Of a stretch of DNA of 64,000 nt, positions 11,556 to 22,623 are shown in pieces. The stretch's first letter is position 1. The number at the start of each line of letters is the position of its first letter. Location: positions 19,562 to 83,561 of the forward strand of contig RQSC01000024.1 in NCBI GenBank assembly GCA_013416795.1. Direction: 5' to 3'. Below the pieces are notes generated by a model that saw only the letters and a program-made list of their open reading frames with translations, ran no database searches and was not told the origin of the DNA. Source of the stretch: Prasinococcaceae sp. CCMP 1430 (lineage: Eukaryota; Plantae; Prasinodermophyta). Both the position numbers and the translations under genes were made by a program.

Positions 11556-11800
11556 GCTCTGCGGCTGCCGATCGTGCCTTGGCCAGCCGTCGCAGCAGCG
11601 CGCCCGANCCGCCCCGCGCAGCAGCGCCCGCCCGCCCGCGCGGCAGCGCCGGCGCCGCGCCTCCACCTGGCGTCAGAAATGCGCTTTCGTATCTCTTTTA
11701 CCCACGGGAGCGTCTTTTTTTGGATCCGTTTGAAGGCGTTTTGACCTGACGGAACGTACGCCCGCTGCGCTGCAGGGAGGGCGACGGAGCGCTCGAATGC

Positions 11801-12055
11801 CCCGAACCTGAACTCCTTCAAGCGCGGAAGCGACGTCAAATTGCATCCGAGCATGCGATGTCATTGGACCCTATATTGCTAATACCCTAACTACGGCCGT
11901 TTCGAGCGTCCTCCGCCGTCGTCTCGTCTGGGGGTGGTTGGCCGCGCGGGCGCCCGAACCTGAACTCAATCCCGCGCCGAATCGACGTCAAAATACAAAG
12001 GAACTTGCGATTACATTGGACCCTTTTATTGATAACCCTTAATGCGTCCGTTTCG
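11801..12055. repeat. Two diverged ~105-bp direct repeats, offset 152 bp
   Basis: Copies start at 11801 and 11953 and share CCCGAACCTGAACTC, CGACGTCAAA, GCGAT, CATTGGACCCT and CCGTTTCG at near-identical spacing. Confidence 0.85.
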
Positions 12056-12147
12056 TGAGAGTGTCCTTCGATAGCCGCGATCAAAGCCATGTCTGTAAAC
12101 CCTATTTCAAATATACAAAATCCGCACTACGAATGGATGTACGTACC

Positions 12148-12937
12148 CTAACTGCCGTCCTCGTCGCCGAAGGGGACGACGTCGCCCTGGGCGTAGAGGC
12201 CCAGGGCGAGGCCCGCCTCGCAGAAGCTCGTGACCGTGTAAGGGCCGCTCGTCCCGGTGTGCGCGAGGGTGAGCGCGCCGCAGAGGCGCGAGAGCCCGCC
12301 CTTGGTCACCTCCTGCCGTCGCCCGCGAGAAACGGCGCGCGGGCGGGAGAGGGGGGCGTGGACGGTGGTGCGAGCGCGCGACGCCGGCGTCAGCGCCGCG
12401 GGCGCGAGGGAGCCGGGTCGCGCGGGCGGGCGGGCGGACGGACGAGCGAGCGAGCTGGCGGGCGGGCCACGCGAACGCGCGCGGCGCGCACCTGCAGCAG
12501 CGCGTAGTCGTAGTAGTAGCCCTTGAGCGGCGGCTTTCCCTCGGCAGCGCGCGCGGCGTTCTTGGTCGCAATGAGCGCGCCCACCGCCTCCTCCAGCCGC
12601 TCGAGCGTCGCGGGTCGCGGCGCATCGGCGCCCGCGTGGCCCTCGTCGTCGCCGCCGTCGTCGCGGTCTCCCGCGCGCAGCAGCGCCGCGAGGTCCTCGT
12701 AGTCGATTTCGGCGGCGGCGCCCTCGCGGTCGGCGTTGGGCGCGTGCTCGGGGTCTATCTCGGCGGGCAGCGTGACGACGACGCGCGGGGCGCCCATCTC
12801 CTCCGCGAGGAGTCGCAGCACGGGCGTCACGCCGCGCTCGGCGGGCGGATCGCCCTGCGAGACGAACACGAGCGGCGCGCCGCCGTCGCCCCTCGCGGCG
12901 AGGTGCGCGCGCAGGTTGGCGGCCACGCGCGCGGCGA
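12148..12937 (-). CDS. Unknown protein, 3' part; intron 12313-12491; 5' end in the gap
   Basis: Globular-looking translation LVFVSQGDPPAERGV…GYYYDYALLQ|EVTKGGLSRLCGALTLAHT, joined by a canonical phase-0 intron. TGTAA on the minus strand at 12011-12015. Confidence 0.7.
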
Positions 12938-13595
12938 NNNNNNNNNNNNNNNNNNNNNNNNNNNNNNNNNNNNNNNNNNNNNNNNNNNNNNNNNNNNNNN
13001 NNNNNNNNNNNNNNNNNNNNNNNNNNNNNNNNNNNNNNNNNNNNNNNNNNNNNNNNNNNNNNNNNNNNNNNNNNNNNNNNNNNNNNNNNNNNNNNNNNNN
13101 NNNNNNNNNNNNNNNNNNNNNNNNNNNNNNNNNNNNNNNNNNNNNNNNNNNNNNNNNNNNNNNNNNNNNNNNNNNNNNNNNNNNNNNNNNNNNNNNNNNN
13201 NNNNNNNNNNNNNNNNNNNNNNNNNNNNNNNNNNNNNNNNNNNNNNNNNNNNNNNNNNNNNNNNNNNNNNNNNNNNNNNNNNNNNNNNNNNNNNNNNNNN
13301 NNNNNNNNNNNNNNNNNNNNNNNNNNNNNNNNNNNNNNNNNNNNNNNNNNNNNNNNNNNNNNNNNNNNNNNNNNNNNNNNNNNNNNNNNNNNNNNNNNNN
13401 NNNNNNNNNNNNNNNNNNNNNNNNNNNNNNNNNNNNNNNNNNNNNNNNNNNNNNNNNNNNNNNNNNNNNNNNNNNNNNNNNNNNNNNNNNNNNNNNNNNN
13501 NNNNNNNNNNNNNNNNNNNNNNNNNNNNNNNNNNNNNNNNNNNNNNNNNNNNNNNNNNNNNNNNNNNNNNNNNNNNNNNNNNNNNNNNNNNNNNN
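12938..13595. other. Assembly gap (N-run, about 660 nt)
   Basis: Run of N. Confidence 0.97.
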
Positions 13596-13727
13596 CACAG
13601 CCGCCCGCGCGGGCGTGCGTCGGCGCGACCGGCGCCGGCGCGGCAGCCAGCGGCGCATCGCGGGGCGGGGGACGGGAGGGACGCGGGGGAGCGGAGGCTG
13701 CGGGGTGCAACGGGGGGGAGAGGCGCA

Positions 13728-13758
<31 letters not shown>

Positions 13759-13809
13759 CGCGGCGCGGCCGCGTCGTCCGGATGCCCCCCCCGCGCGCCC
13801 GGGCAGCGA

Positions 13810-16800
13810 TGGTCACGGCCGTGGAGTCCTCGGCGGCACTGGCGTCGCCGTCCTCGCACATCCGCAGCACCGGCTCGCTGCGGTACCACCTGGGCGTGCT
13901 GGCGGACGCGCCGGGCGGCGGCGGCGGGCGGCGATCGCCCTCGGCCGAGCGGTCCGAGGCGATCGTCGCCAAGGCGCTGCTGTGGGACGACCCACCGCCG
14001 GTGCCCTTCCGGCGCTCCTTCCCCGCGCTGTGCGACGCCGCCGCGCGAGGGCCCCTGGCCGCCGAGCTGCTGGCGCGCGTCGTGGCCACGCGTCCGGCCG
14101 CCGCCGCGCCGCGACTGGACCTCGTGTGGGCGGCGGTCGCGGGCGCCTTCGCCGCGGACGACGCGCGCCTGCGCGCGGGCGCCTTCGCCGTGCTCCGCGC
14201 GGCCGGCGGCGCGACGCAGCTGGTCTCCAGGATACGTGGCGGCGAGCAAGGCGGCGAGCTGAGCGATAGCGACGGCGAGGGCGAGCGCGGCGGCGGCGGT
14301 GGCGCGCGGGCCTCCGACGGGGGCGGCTTCGGACGGCGCTCGAGCCTCCACGTGCTGCTGGCGGCACCGATGATCGAGGCGGTCGGCAGCAGCAGCTCCA
14401 CCGCGCCACTCGCAGCGGGGTGCGCGCTCGGACTGATCACGCTGCTGCAGGTGCGACGACGCTCGCTGCTATCACGCGCGTGCGCGCCGAGGCGCGCGTG
14501 CGCGCCGCCCCGCGCGTGCGATGACGCCTGCGCGCTGACGCCCGACGCGCGAAGGCGCTGCGCGAGGCTGCGAACGACACAAGCACGCGCGCCCGTCGCG
14601 CGGCGTTCGAGGCCGCATCCGAGGCTGTGGCGCTCGAGGCCCTCCTCGCCGTGGCGTCGGTGCTCGAGACTCCTTCAAATGCGCCGCCGGAGGCGCTGGC
14701 GCTGGCCGGCTGCCTCGTTCGCCACGAACCCATCGCCAGCTGCGGACTGTCGTGCGTGCCCTCGCTGGCGGCGGCGGCCGTCGCCGTGCTCGAGGCCCAC
14801 GCCGAGGGCGCCGACGCCGCGCGTGCCCGCACGCGCGCGAGCACGACCGCGCCGCAGGTTGGCGAGGCGTCTGCAGTGACTGTGGCAGACGCTCGGAGGC
14901 GACGCGAGGAGGCCTGCCGCCTGCTCAACGCGCTGGTGGACGTGGGCGGCCTCGGCGCTGAGGCGGGCGGTGCCGCTGGCGTGGGGCAGGCCCAAAGCAA
15001 CGGCGTGTCCGACGCACTCGACTCGTTGGCATTCGATGTCGCGCAGGCGCTCGAGCGTTCGTGCTACGACCCCTGCCGCGCGGTGCGATCCGCAGCCACG
15101 GCCGCTCGCAACGTGCTCGACTATGGCGTGGGCGGCCCACCTCTCACCACCCCCGTGCCTGCGATGGCGCTCCTCGGGGGCGCGAGCGTGAGTGCCCTAC
15201 GACCGATGGACGCGTACACGCTCGCGTCGTCGAGGTTTCACACGCCGGGTCATGCGACGCCGCCAGAAGGCACCAACTCGAGGGCATCGGAACTTGCGAC
15301 GCCCGGCTACTCGGGTCGTGACGCCTTCGGCTTCGGCGGGGCGCGACAGCACGCGCGCACTGCGCACGCCGACGCCACCGAGGGCCGCAGAGGAGGGTCG
15401 ACGTCTGGGTCGAAGTCCTCGCGGCTGCGCGTGCCCACTCCCAGGAGTGCGGTGGCCATGCGCACGCCGCCGTCCGTCGACGAAGCCCGATTGAGGTTGC
15501 CCGAGCGGGGCGCGAGCGGGGCGAGGGGCGGCACGAGCAGGGGTAGGCCGGCGCTTCGTGCGCCGGCATCGAGGTCGCGCACCCCGTCACCTGCGGCGGC
15601 TCGCGGCGGCGCGTGCAGCCCGGGGCCGAAAGCGCCGCTGCCATCTCCGACCGAGGCCGCCCGAGCCGTAGTGCGCCTTGCCGAGCATCGAGGGGAGGAA
15701 TCGCCAGGGCGGGGTGGCGCGGAGAACAGTGCGCCAGAGGGACGATCGCCTGGCGCGCGCGGTGGGGGTGCACCCGCGTCGCCCGTGTCCCCTGCGTCGG
15801 CGATTCTGAGCACGACGCCGTCGCGCTCGCGCGGGTCGCCGCTGTACCCACGCGGAGTCGCCGCTGCCGCGGCGAGCTCGCCGGCCAAGTCGCCTGCCGC
15901 GCGCTTCGCGGGCAGCGCTCGCAGAGGACTTGCGCTCATCGAAGAGGCCAGTGCCGACGAGGGTGGGCCTGCCGCAGCGGATGTCCCTGAGCCGCGCCCG
16001 GGGATGATGCGACGCGCGCTTGACGCGATCACCCGCCGCACCAAGGACGACAGCCCTCCCCCCGGTGCCGCTACGGTCGCAGGAGCAGATGCGCAGGCGG
16101 GGAGGAAATCGGCTGCGCCAGGCGCCCCCGTGCTCGGGCTTCCGACGCCGCTCGTGAGATCGATGGTGGCCGGTGGCGCCGAATCCGTCCGCATCGACGT
16201 GACCCCTCCTGGCGCGCGCACGAGGGCGGAGTCGAGCACACCCTTGAGCCTCGGCGACGCGCGCCTGGAGGGCCTGTTTTCCGCCGCGAAGGCCGCGCTG
16301 GAGAGCCCAGAGAGCCCAGCGGCTGCTGTTGAGCTGTCGGTGCTGCTGGCGCGCGCCGCCGAGCTCAGGGAAGATGATCGGCAGCAAAGCGACGAGGGCC
16401 GGCGGCTCAAGGCCAACGGGGCCGAGTCTGTCAACGGGGGGGCGAGCGATCGCAAGCGCGAGCGTGGGTCTCTGCTCGCGGCCGTGCTGGGCGAGCTCGA
16501 GGATCCCAGGCCTGAAAACCGCAGGCAAAGCCAAGGGAATATGGACGGCGCGCGCGGCGCGGGCGACCATCGATCAGACGCGCGGGAGAGCACGCTCGAG
16601 CATCCACGCGCGCTCGTGCAGCACGTCAAGTCGGCGCCAGCGACGCCGGAGCGCCACCTGTTCGTGGCGCGGCCGGCGCCGCATTTCGGATCGCCGTTCA
16701 TCGAGCCGCGGCAGACCGCGAAGGTGCGAGCGCGTGTGCATGGGTGTGAGGGCGCACGTGCGTGTGGGCATCCCGTGGCCTTCCTCTTTGCTCAGAAAGG

Positions 16801-18021
16801 CCGCACCAGCGGCCTCCTTGTGCCCGCGAGCAAGCAACTGACGCGCCAGCGTGCGCGCGTCCCAAGTCCGCCGCTGCTGCGCGCGTCTCGCGAGAGGAGT
16901 GCGCGCGTCGTCAAGGCCGTGGCCCGAGGCGCTCGAACCCCTACGACACGAGGCGCGGAGCATCTGCCCCGGCGAGCTCGTCGCGCTCGCGCTCGCGCGT
17001 CGGGGCTAGCGTGGAGCACTTCGAACTGGCGGCTGAGCTGGACGCGCGGGCGAGCGCCCGGGCGCGCCAGCAGGCGCTGTCGCCCCCACCTGCTTTCGGG
17101 CGTGGCGGCCTGCCGAGGTCGCCACACCTCTACGCCCCGCCGCTCGTCGAGGCGGACGCGCGCGCGCGTGCGCGCGCCGCCGAGAGGAGGCGCGCAGGGG
17201 ATTCGCCGGCGCAGGTCGCTCAAGGTCGCGCACTCACGACGTGGGATTCCTCGACGGGCCCTCGCGGCGGGCTGAGCGCCTCGCCAGCTGAGGACGCCGG
17301 CAAGACCGCTCAGCTCGCGAGCGATCAAGACAGCCAGGACGCGAGCCTCGGCGGCTCGGCGCAGGCGAGCGCGGGCTCAAGGGACAAGCGCGCGCGTAAG
17401 CGCATGAGGGAGAGCGTCGCTGCGGATGTGGCGGCCAACGGCACCGCCGTTGCTGCGGCGATGGCGAACGGCGAGCGATCGACGAGCCCGAAGCGACGCG
17501 CCGGCGGCTCGAGCGCAGAGGCGCGGACCAGGCGAAACGGCGTGGCGGCTGGGGGCAGCAGCCCCTCGCAGCCGGCGGGCTCCAAGGCGGTGCACTCGGG
17601 CGAGGGCGGCCCAGCAGCGCGCGGGTCCCTCGCAGGCGGGCAGTCGTCATCTGTGCGACGCAATCTGGAGTTTGACGCGATCGGCGACGCCGACTGGGCG
17701 AGCGGCCCCGCTGCGCGTGCTCGTGGCGTCACGCTGCGATCGGCGTGCGTCCGCTCGGCGCTGCACCTGCTCGTTGCGCTCGTGCTCGCGCACGCTCTGT
17801 TCGCGTGCGTGCTGGCAATGGCCGCGATAGGGGATGCGCGCGCGCGCGCGCGCGCACAGAGCCTCGCCCTCGCGGGCGGGCTCGCGGCCTCGGTCGCGCG
17901 AGAGCTCTGGCTGCATCCAGTGCGAGCGCTGCCTGCATTGGCTCTGGTCGTCGGCCTCGCGCAACTCGAGGCGCTGCGCCGGCTGACCGACTTGGGGGGG
18001 TGGGCGCAGGCGCGACCGTAG
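13810..18021 (+). CDS. Large protein: HEAT/ARM-like N-terminus, long disordered S/P/R-rich middle, hydrophobic C-terminus; introns 14451-14554 and one starting at 16724
   Basis: Long frames joined by an in-frame intron (donor 14451, GCTGAC 14534, AG 14553-54). Helical A/L-rich N-terminus with ALERSCYDPCRAVRSAA; two hydrophobic segments near the end; TGTAA at 18065. Second acceptor not pinned. Confidence 0.6.
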
Positions 18022-18167
18022 GCGCGCGCCTCCGCCTCAGGTCGTGCTGCTGCAGCGGACGCGCTGTAAACACAGATTGTTAGGAAGGATTCCTGGGGGT
18101 GGGTGGGCGCGAGCCCCCCGTCGTCGCTGCGGCGGCGCGAGTCGCCGAGCCACGCGCCGCGGCCGCC

Positions 18168-18495
18168 TTAGACCTCCTGGGCTGCGGCGAGGCAGAGCGC
18201 CATGGTGAGGGGCATGGCGACGAGCTGCTGCACGCAGAGCTCCTTGGGCTGCGCGCCGGCCTTCATCGGCGGCACGTGCAGCGCCGCTGCGCACGCCCAG
18301 TTGACGGCCTGGAGCTCGAGGGCCGTCTTGATGGCCTTGGTGAAGTTGGAGGTGAACTTGAGGACGCCGAAGGACGAGGTCAGGATGCCGAAGCCGAACC
18401 AGCGCGCCATCGCAACGTGCACCTTGTCGGGCTCGTCGGAAACGAAGTCGTCCGTCTTGCCCGTGCCGGGCAGGACGCCGCCCTTGAAGAAGATC
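18168..18495 (-). CDS. Small membrane protein, last exon (5' exon unresolved)
   Basis: After acceptor CAG: IFFKGGVLPGTGKTDDFVSDEPDKVHVAMARWFGFGILTSSFG…LVAMPLTMALCLAAAQEV*, with strong GC3 codon bias and hydrophobic helices. Confidence 0.6.
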
Positions 18496-18676
18496 CTGCG
18501 GCGGCGGCGGTGGTGGTGGCGGTCAGTGGGTCGGTCAGTCCGTGAGCGGCCGCGCGCACGCGCGCCGATCGGCGGCGCGCCCCCGCGTGCCTGTGGGCGT
18601 GGCCGGGCGCGTGGTGCCACAAGACGCGCGGCGCGCACCCACGGATCCTTTAGCGCGTCGCCGCCACACGCTCGCC

Positions 18677-19648
18677 ATGTGTTCGAGGCGCGCGGCGCTA
18701 GCACTGCTCGCGTTGGCGGGGACCACGGCAGCGATGGGGGCGACGGCGTACGCGCCTCCAGTCGATGAGGCTGAAATAATTGATGACGGAGGGTATGCGA
18801 GGTGCGTGCGCCGCGATCAGTGAGAGCGACGGCGTCGATGCGCGCGTGGCTGACACCCGATGGGGTCGCTTGGCCCGATGCACGCGCGCGATGCGCACAG
18901 CGCGACAGCGCTGTTCGCCGAGGCCGTCTACGAGGCTGAGCTCGACGATGCGATCCAAGCGGCCGAGGCTCTCATTGCGAATGCGACCGGCATCAACCGC
19001 ACCGCATCTAGCCCTGGCACTGCAAGCACAAGCGACAACTCGACATCCAAGCAGGCCACTGAGGTGGCGTCCGACGGCGCCGCGCCAGAGGGCATGCGAG
19101 AATCGGCGCTCGTGATCGCAGAGGACTCGATTCGGCGCGGCAACGTGCAAACTTGCCTCGGTCTCCTGTACGACGTCAGGCTGGCGATGGTGGCGGGTGG
19201 GCTCGTTGGTGCCAATGCCAGCGTGCGTAGCACCTACAACTTGCCTGCCATTCTTGCGGAACCCAGCAAGACCCCCTACATGTTCGCAGGCGTGGCCTCG
19301 CACAGCGAATGGGAAAACTTTGTGCTGATCGCCCACCCCTACCTACCCACGGGATTCAGCTTCGGCGAGGTGTTCGCCTCTTCTTCGGAGACGTGGGGCG
19401 AGTGGTACGGAGCCGGAACGACGTTCGACCGTTGGATCGCCCAGGTGCGCGCGCACGCCTGTGATAAGCTCCGTGCGATCTGCGCCAAGCATTGCCACTT
19501 GCTGACCTGCATGTGCTACGCACATGCGCGCGCGTTGGACTCTGTCTGACACGTGTGCCCTCCCACGCGGCCCACTCACGCGGCGACATAGGGGCTCAGC
19601 TTCGGCTTGTACGACGGGACCATATACGATGACTATGGGTGCGCAGTA

Positions 19649-19683
<35 letters not shown>

Positions 19684-19891
19684 CCTTGCGTCACGCACTC
19701 GCGCACCCGCTGACGCAGCACTCGCGCGCGCCTGCCCGCGCGCGCCTGCATATAGCTACTTCAGCGTCAGCCTGGGCTTCCACCCCGACAGCCCCCGAAG
19801 GGACTATCTCATCATGATCCTGAGCGATCCAACGCACCGTCTCTTGTACGAAACGCGTGCTCCCGTCATCGTAGGCTGCACGCTCAACTGA
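18677..19891 (+). CDS. Secreted protein of unknown function; exons 18677-18792, 18901-19444, 19592-19638, 19756-19891
   Basis: Signal-peptide-like MCSRRAALALLALAGTTAA; three GT-AG introns whose phases join into one open frame ending …APVIVGCTLN*. Confidence 0.7.
19649..19682. repeat. Compound microsatellite (CT)11(GT)6 in an intron
   Basis: Directly visible. Confidence 0.9.
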
Positions 19892-19897
19892 TGACAG

Positions 19898-20242
19898 ATG
19901 GGCGACGGGACGGGACATTCACCGCCATCCGCCCTACCCTTCCACATGCCAGACACATACGACTACCACATGCCAGACATATACAACCAAACTCCACACT
20001 GAGACATGAGACATACCGTACATTCATGCTTGACGACTTCGCTTCATGCAACCAATACGCATCCTTTTGAACCTTCGGCGAATGGGCGGCGGGACGCGAG
20101 TCACCCGACGTTCGCCGCCATCCGCCCTACACGTGCCAGACATATACGACTACCACATGCCAGACATACGACCAAACTCCGTGCTGAGACATGAGACATG
20201 CTTGATTCCGCTTCACGCAACCAACATGCATCCTGAACCTTC
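19898..20242. repeat. Tandem duplication, ~184-bp offset, with internal ~24-bp sub-repeats
   Basis: Copies 19898-20076 and 20082-20242 share CCGCCATCCGCCCTAC, TGCCAGACA, TACGACTACCACATGCCAGACAT, CCAAACTCC, CTGAGACATGAGACAT and GAACCTTC. Confidence 0.85.
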
Positions 20243-20999
20243 AACGACCTCACTCAGGGCGCTGCACAGCGCGCGCGCGCGCTAATGCCCCACTTTGTTA
20301 CAACACTTCGATGCGCAAGACAACCCAGTTGCACGTGTGTCATTGCTTCAGACGACACTTTCTCCGCCATCGCTGCCAGCTCTCCCCCCACACACCATCA
20401 CACACACACACACCGCCCACAGCCCGCAGGCGCGATCCAGCGCGCCCGCCGTCGCCGTGAGCGTCCTCGCGGGCGGCCGCGCCGGCATCGTCCTCGCCCG
20501 AGCCTACCGCGAGCACCCCCTCCGCGACCCAGCTGTTAGCAACGAATCGCGATACGTGCTGTGGATTCTCGTGTGCGTCGTGACGTATTCTGCAGCGTCA
20601 CACTACGCAGATTTGTGAAAATAATTCCGAGGACGTGGGGGAACGGGTCGCGCCGTGTGCGCCGTTAGGGGGGCGCCCGCGCATCAGGCGGGAAACGCGG
20701 CCCCCGTGCGCGCGCGCGGTGGGCGACAGGGGGGGGGGGAGTCGCTGCTCGGACCACTGCTCGCACGCGCAGCGTCGCGCACCGAGCTCCGTCGCACCCC
20801 CGCGCCCGTTCCCGCGCGCGCGTGCGGGTGCGGGCAGCGCGCGCGTGCGTGTGCGGGCGCAGCGCGGAGGCGGGAGCCTTCGGGAGCGGCGGCCGCGCAC
20901 ACGCGCGCAGCCGCCGGCTCTTGCACGCGCTCCCCGCGTGTGTTGGGAACCACGGGCTTTGTGCGAGCACACACGTGTGAGAGGCGGGCGGGCGGCGCC

Positions 21000-22037
21000 A
21001 TGGCGCATCGCCTGGCCGCCACGCTCGTCATCGCCGTGGCGGCAGCAGCGCCGAGCGCAGCCGCGAAACCCCGCGCGTGCGAGGCGGACGTTGCCGACGG
21101 CTGCGGCGCGTGTCTCTCTGCCGGTTGCGGGTGGGCAGTGGGCAGGTGCCACTACAGCTGCCTTTACGCACCCACGGACGTTCCGTGCTACGAGGTGAGT
21201 GGCGAGGACGACACCACCACACGCTCGCGCGGTGAGGCTGCCGATGAGATCTGCGCCATCTCGGACGCCGCCGACGCGGACGCTGCCACTTGCGCAGCCG
21301 CTCAGGCCTGCGGCGAGTGCGTCGGCACTCTCAAGACCGACGGGACGCCATGCGTGTGGTTCGCCGACTTTGACTTCTGCTCCGCACAGGCGTGCGGTCC
21401 CATTGGTTGTGGCGAGACCACTTGCGCCTTGGGTCCGTTGCCTGAGCGGGGCCGCACCGAGTCGGGCTCGTGCATCGTCTGCGAGGACGAGAGCGACGAT
21501 GCAGAGTGCATCGAGATTAATGTCAGTTGCGTCGCGCAGGAGGGGACAAAGGGCTGTGAGGAGGGAGAGGCGTGGTTCCTCAAGGACGGGGACTGCTGCG
21601 AGGACTGTCACTCTGTGCAGCAGAGCCCGGATGCCGAGGACTACGGCTGGAATGACGAGGAGAATCCGTGCATGGTTTGCGAGGGGAGGGGGGCCAGCAA
21701 GCAGTGCTACATCATCGATTGCGCTCCCCTCAACTGCCAATACGAGTGGTGCACGCAGTGCCCCGAGGGCACCGAGCCGACACTCGCGAAGGGGGCATGC
21801 TGCGAGGAGTGCACGCCAGTGATGACAGCCGAGGTCACGGCGGCGTTCACGGAGGCCAAGAAGAAGACGAAAAAGAAGAGCAAGAAGAAGAACAAAAGGG
21901 CATCAAACGCAAAGAAGCTGTCACGCAAGGCCGTCAAGAAGCTCTGCAAGGGCGCCAAGAACAAGAAGCAGTGCAAGAGGGGCGACGCCAAGAAACATTG
22001 CAAGTTCAAGCGGAAGAAGCGCTGCCTCCCAAAGTGA
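21000..22037 (+). CDS. Secreted cysteine-rich protein, acidic core with Lys-rich C-terminal tail
   Basis: ATG at 21000, signal peptide MAHRLAATLVIAVAAAAPSAAA, many CxxC and CCxxC motifs, tail KKKTKKKSKKKNKR…KRKKRCLPK*. TGTAA at 22042. Confidence 0.8.
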   Translation: MAHRLAATLVIAVAAAAPSAAAKPRACEADVADGCGACLSAGCGWAVGRCHYSCLYAPTDVPCYEVSGEDDTTTRSRGEAADEICAISDAADADAATCAAAQACGECVGTLKTDGTPCVWFADFDFCSAQACGPIGCGETTCALGPLPERGRTESGSCIVCEDESDDAECIEINVSCVAQEGTKGCEEGEAWFLKDGDCCEDCHSVQQSPDAEDYGWNDEENPCMVCEGRGASKQCYIIDCAPLNCQYEWCTQCPEGTEPTLAKGACCEECTPVMTAEVTAAFTEAKKKTKKKSKKKNKRASNAKKLSRKAVKKLCKGAKNKKQCKRGDAKKHCKFKRKKRCLPK

Positions 22038-22623
22038 GTGCTGTAACTCCTGCCTCGGGCTTCTCTCATGTGTACCGAAGTGTTCACGCTGGTCTCGAGC
22101 CGCCTTACTGTTTCGGGGCGGTGCTTCCGCGTGATGCCGTTACGGCGGCGCCGCCGCCAGCGAGGCGGCTGCGTTCGTGTTCGCCGGCGCCACAGTGCGC
22201 GCAGGCGACGCGGCTGCTGCGTCCTCCGCCGGGCATCGCGCGCGCCGGGGAGCGTCGAGGCCGCCTCGTGCGGTGGGGATCCGGGCGCGAGTGCGTGCGC
22301 GTGCCCAGCGTTTGCGAGGTGAGGGCAGGCGCGCTGACGCCGCGGGAGGGTGGGCGACAGTGCGCGCCAGCGCGCACGCGCGAGCGGGCGAGGGGCCCAG
22401 CACCTCCACTGCCGCGCGCGTGCCGCTGCGCGCGCGCAACCGCGGCCCCCGTGTTGCGCGCGCGCACCCAGCGGCTACCAGTGCGTGGCGTCCGGCGTTA
22501 GCGCCCTCGCTGTCGCGCCGTTAGCAGTTGTTGTGCGTGCGATGCAAACCTGGCAACCGGCCTTCCCGTGCTGACGCACCGCTGGCGCTGCGCGCGGCCC
22601 CGCTCCGGCCCTTGCGCGCGCAG

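Noticed and set aside
12148-14879. Long ORFs spanning the N-run
   Set aside because: They are artefacts of translating Ns as X.
11801-20242. CRISPR-like reading of the spaced repeats
   Set aside because: Only two diverged units per locus, unit lengths above 100 bp, no cas genes, and a eukaryotic context.
20295-20618. Small ORF or exon with a hydrophobic tail
   Set aside because: Frames on both strands are equally plausible, with no family match and no clear start or splice partner.
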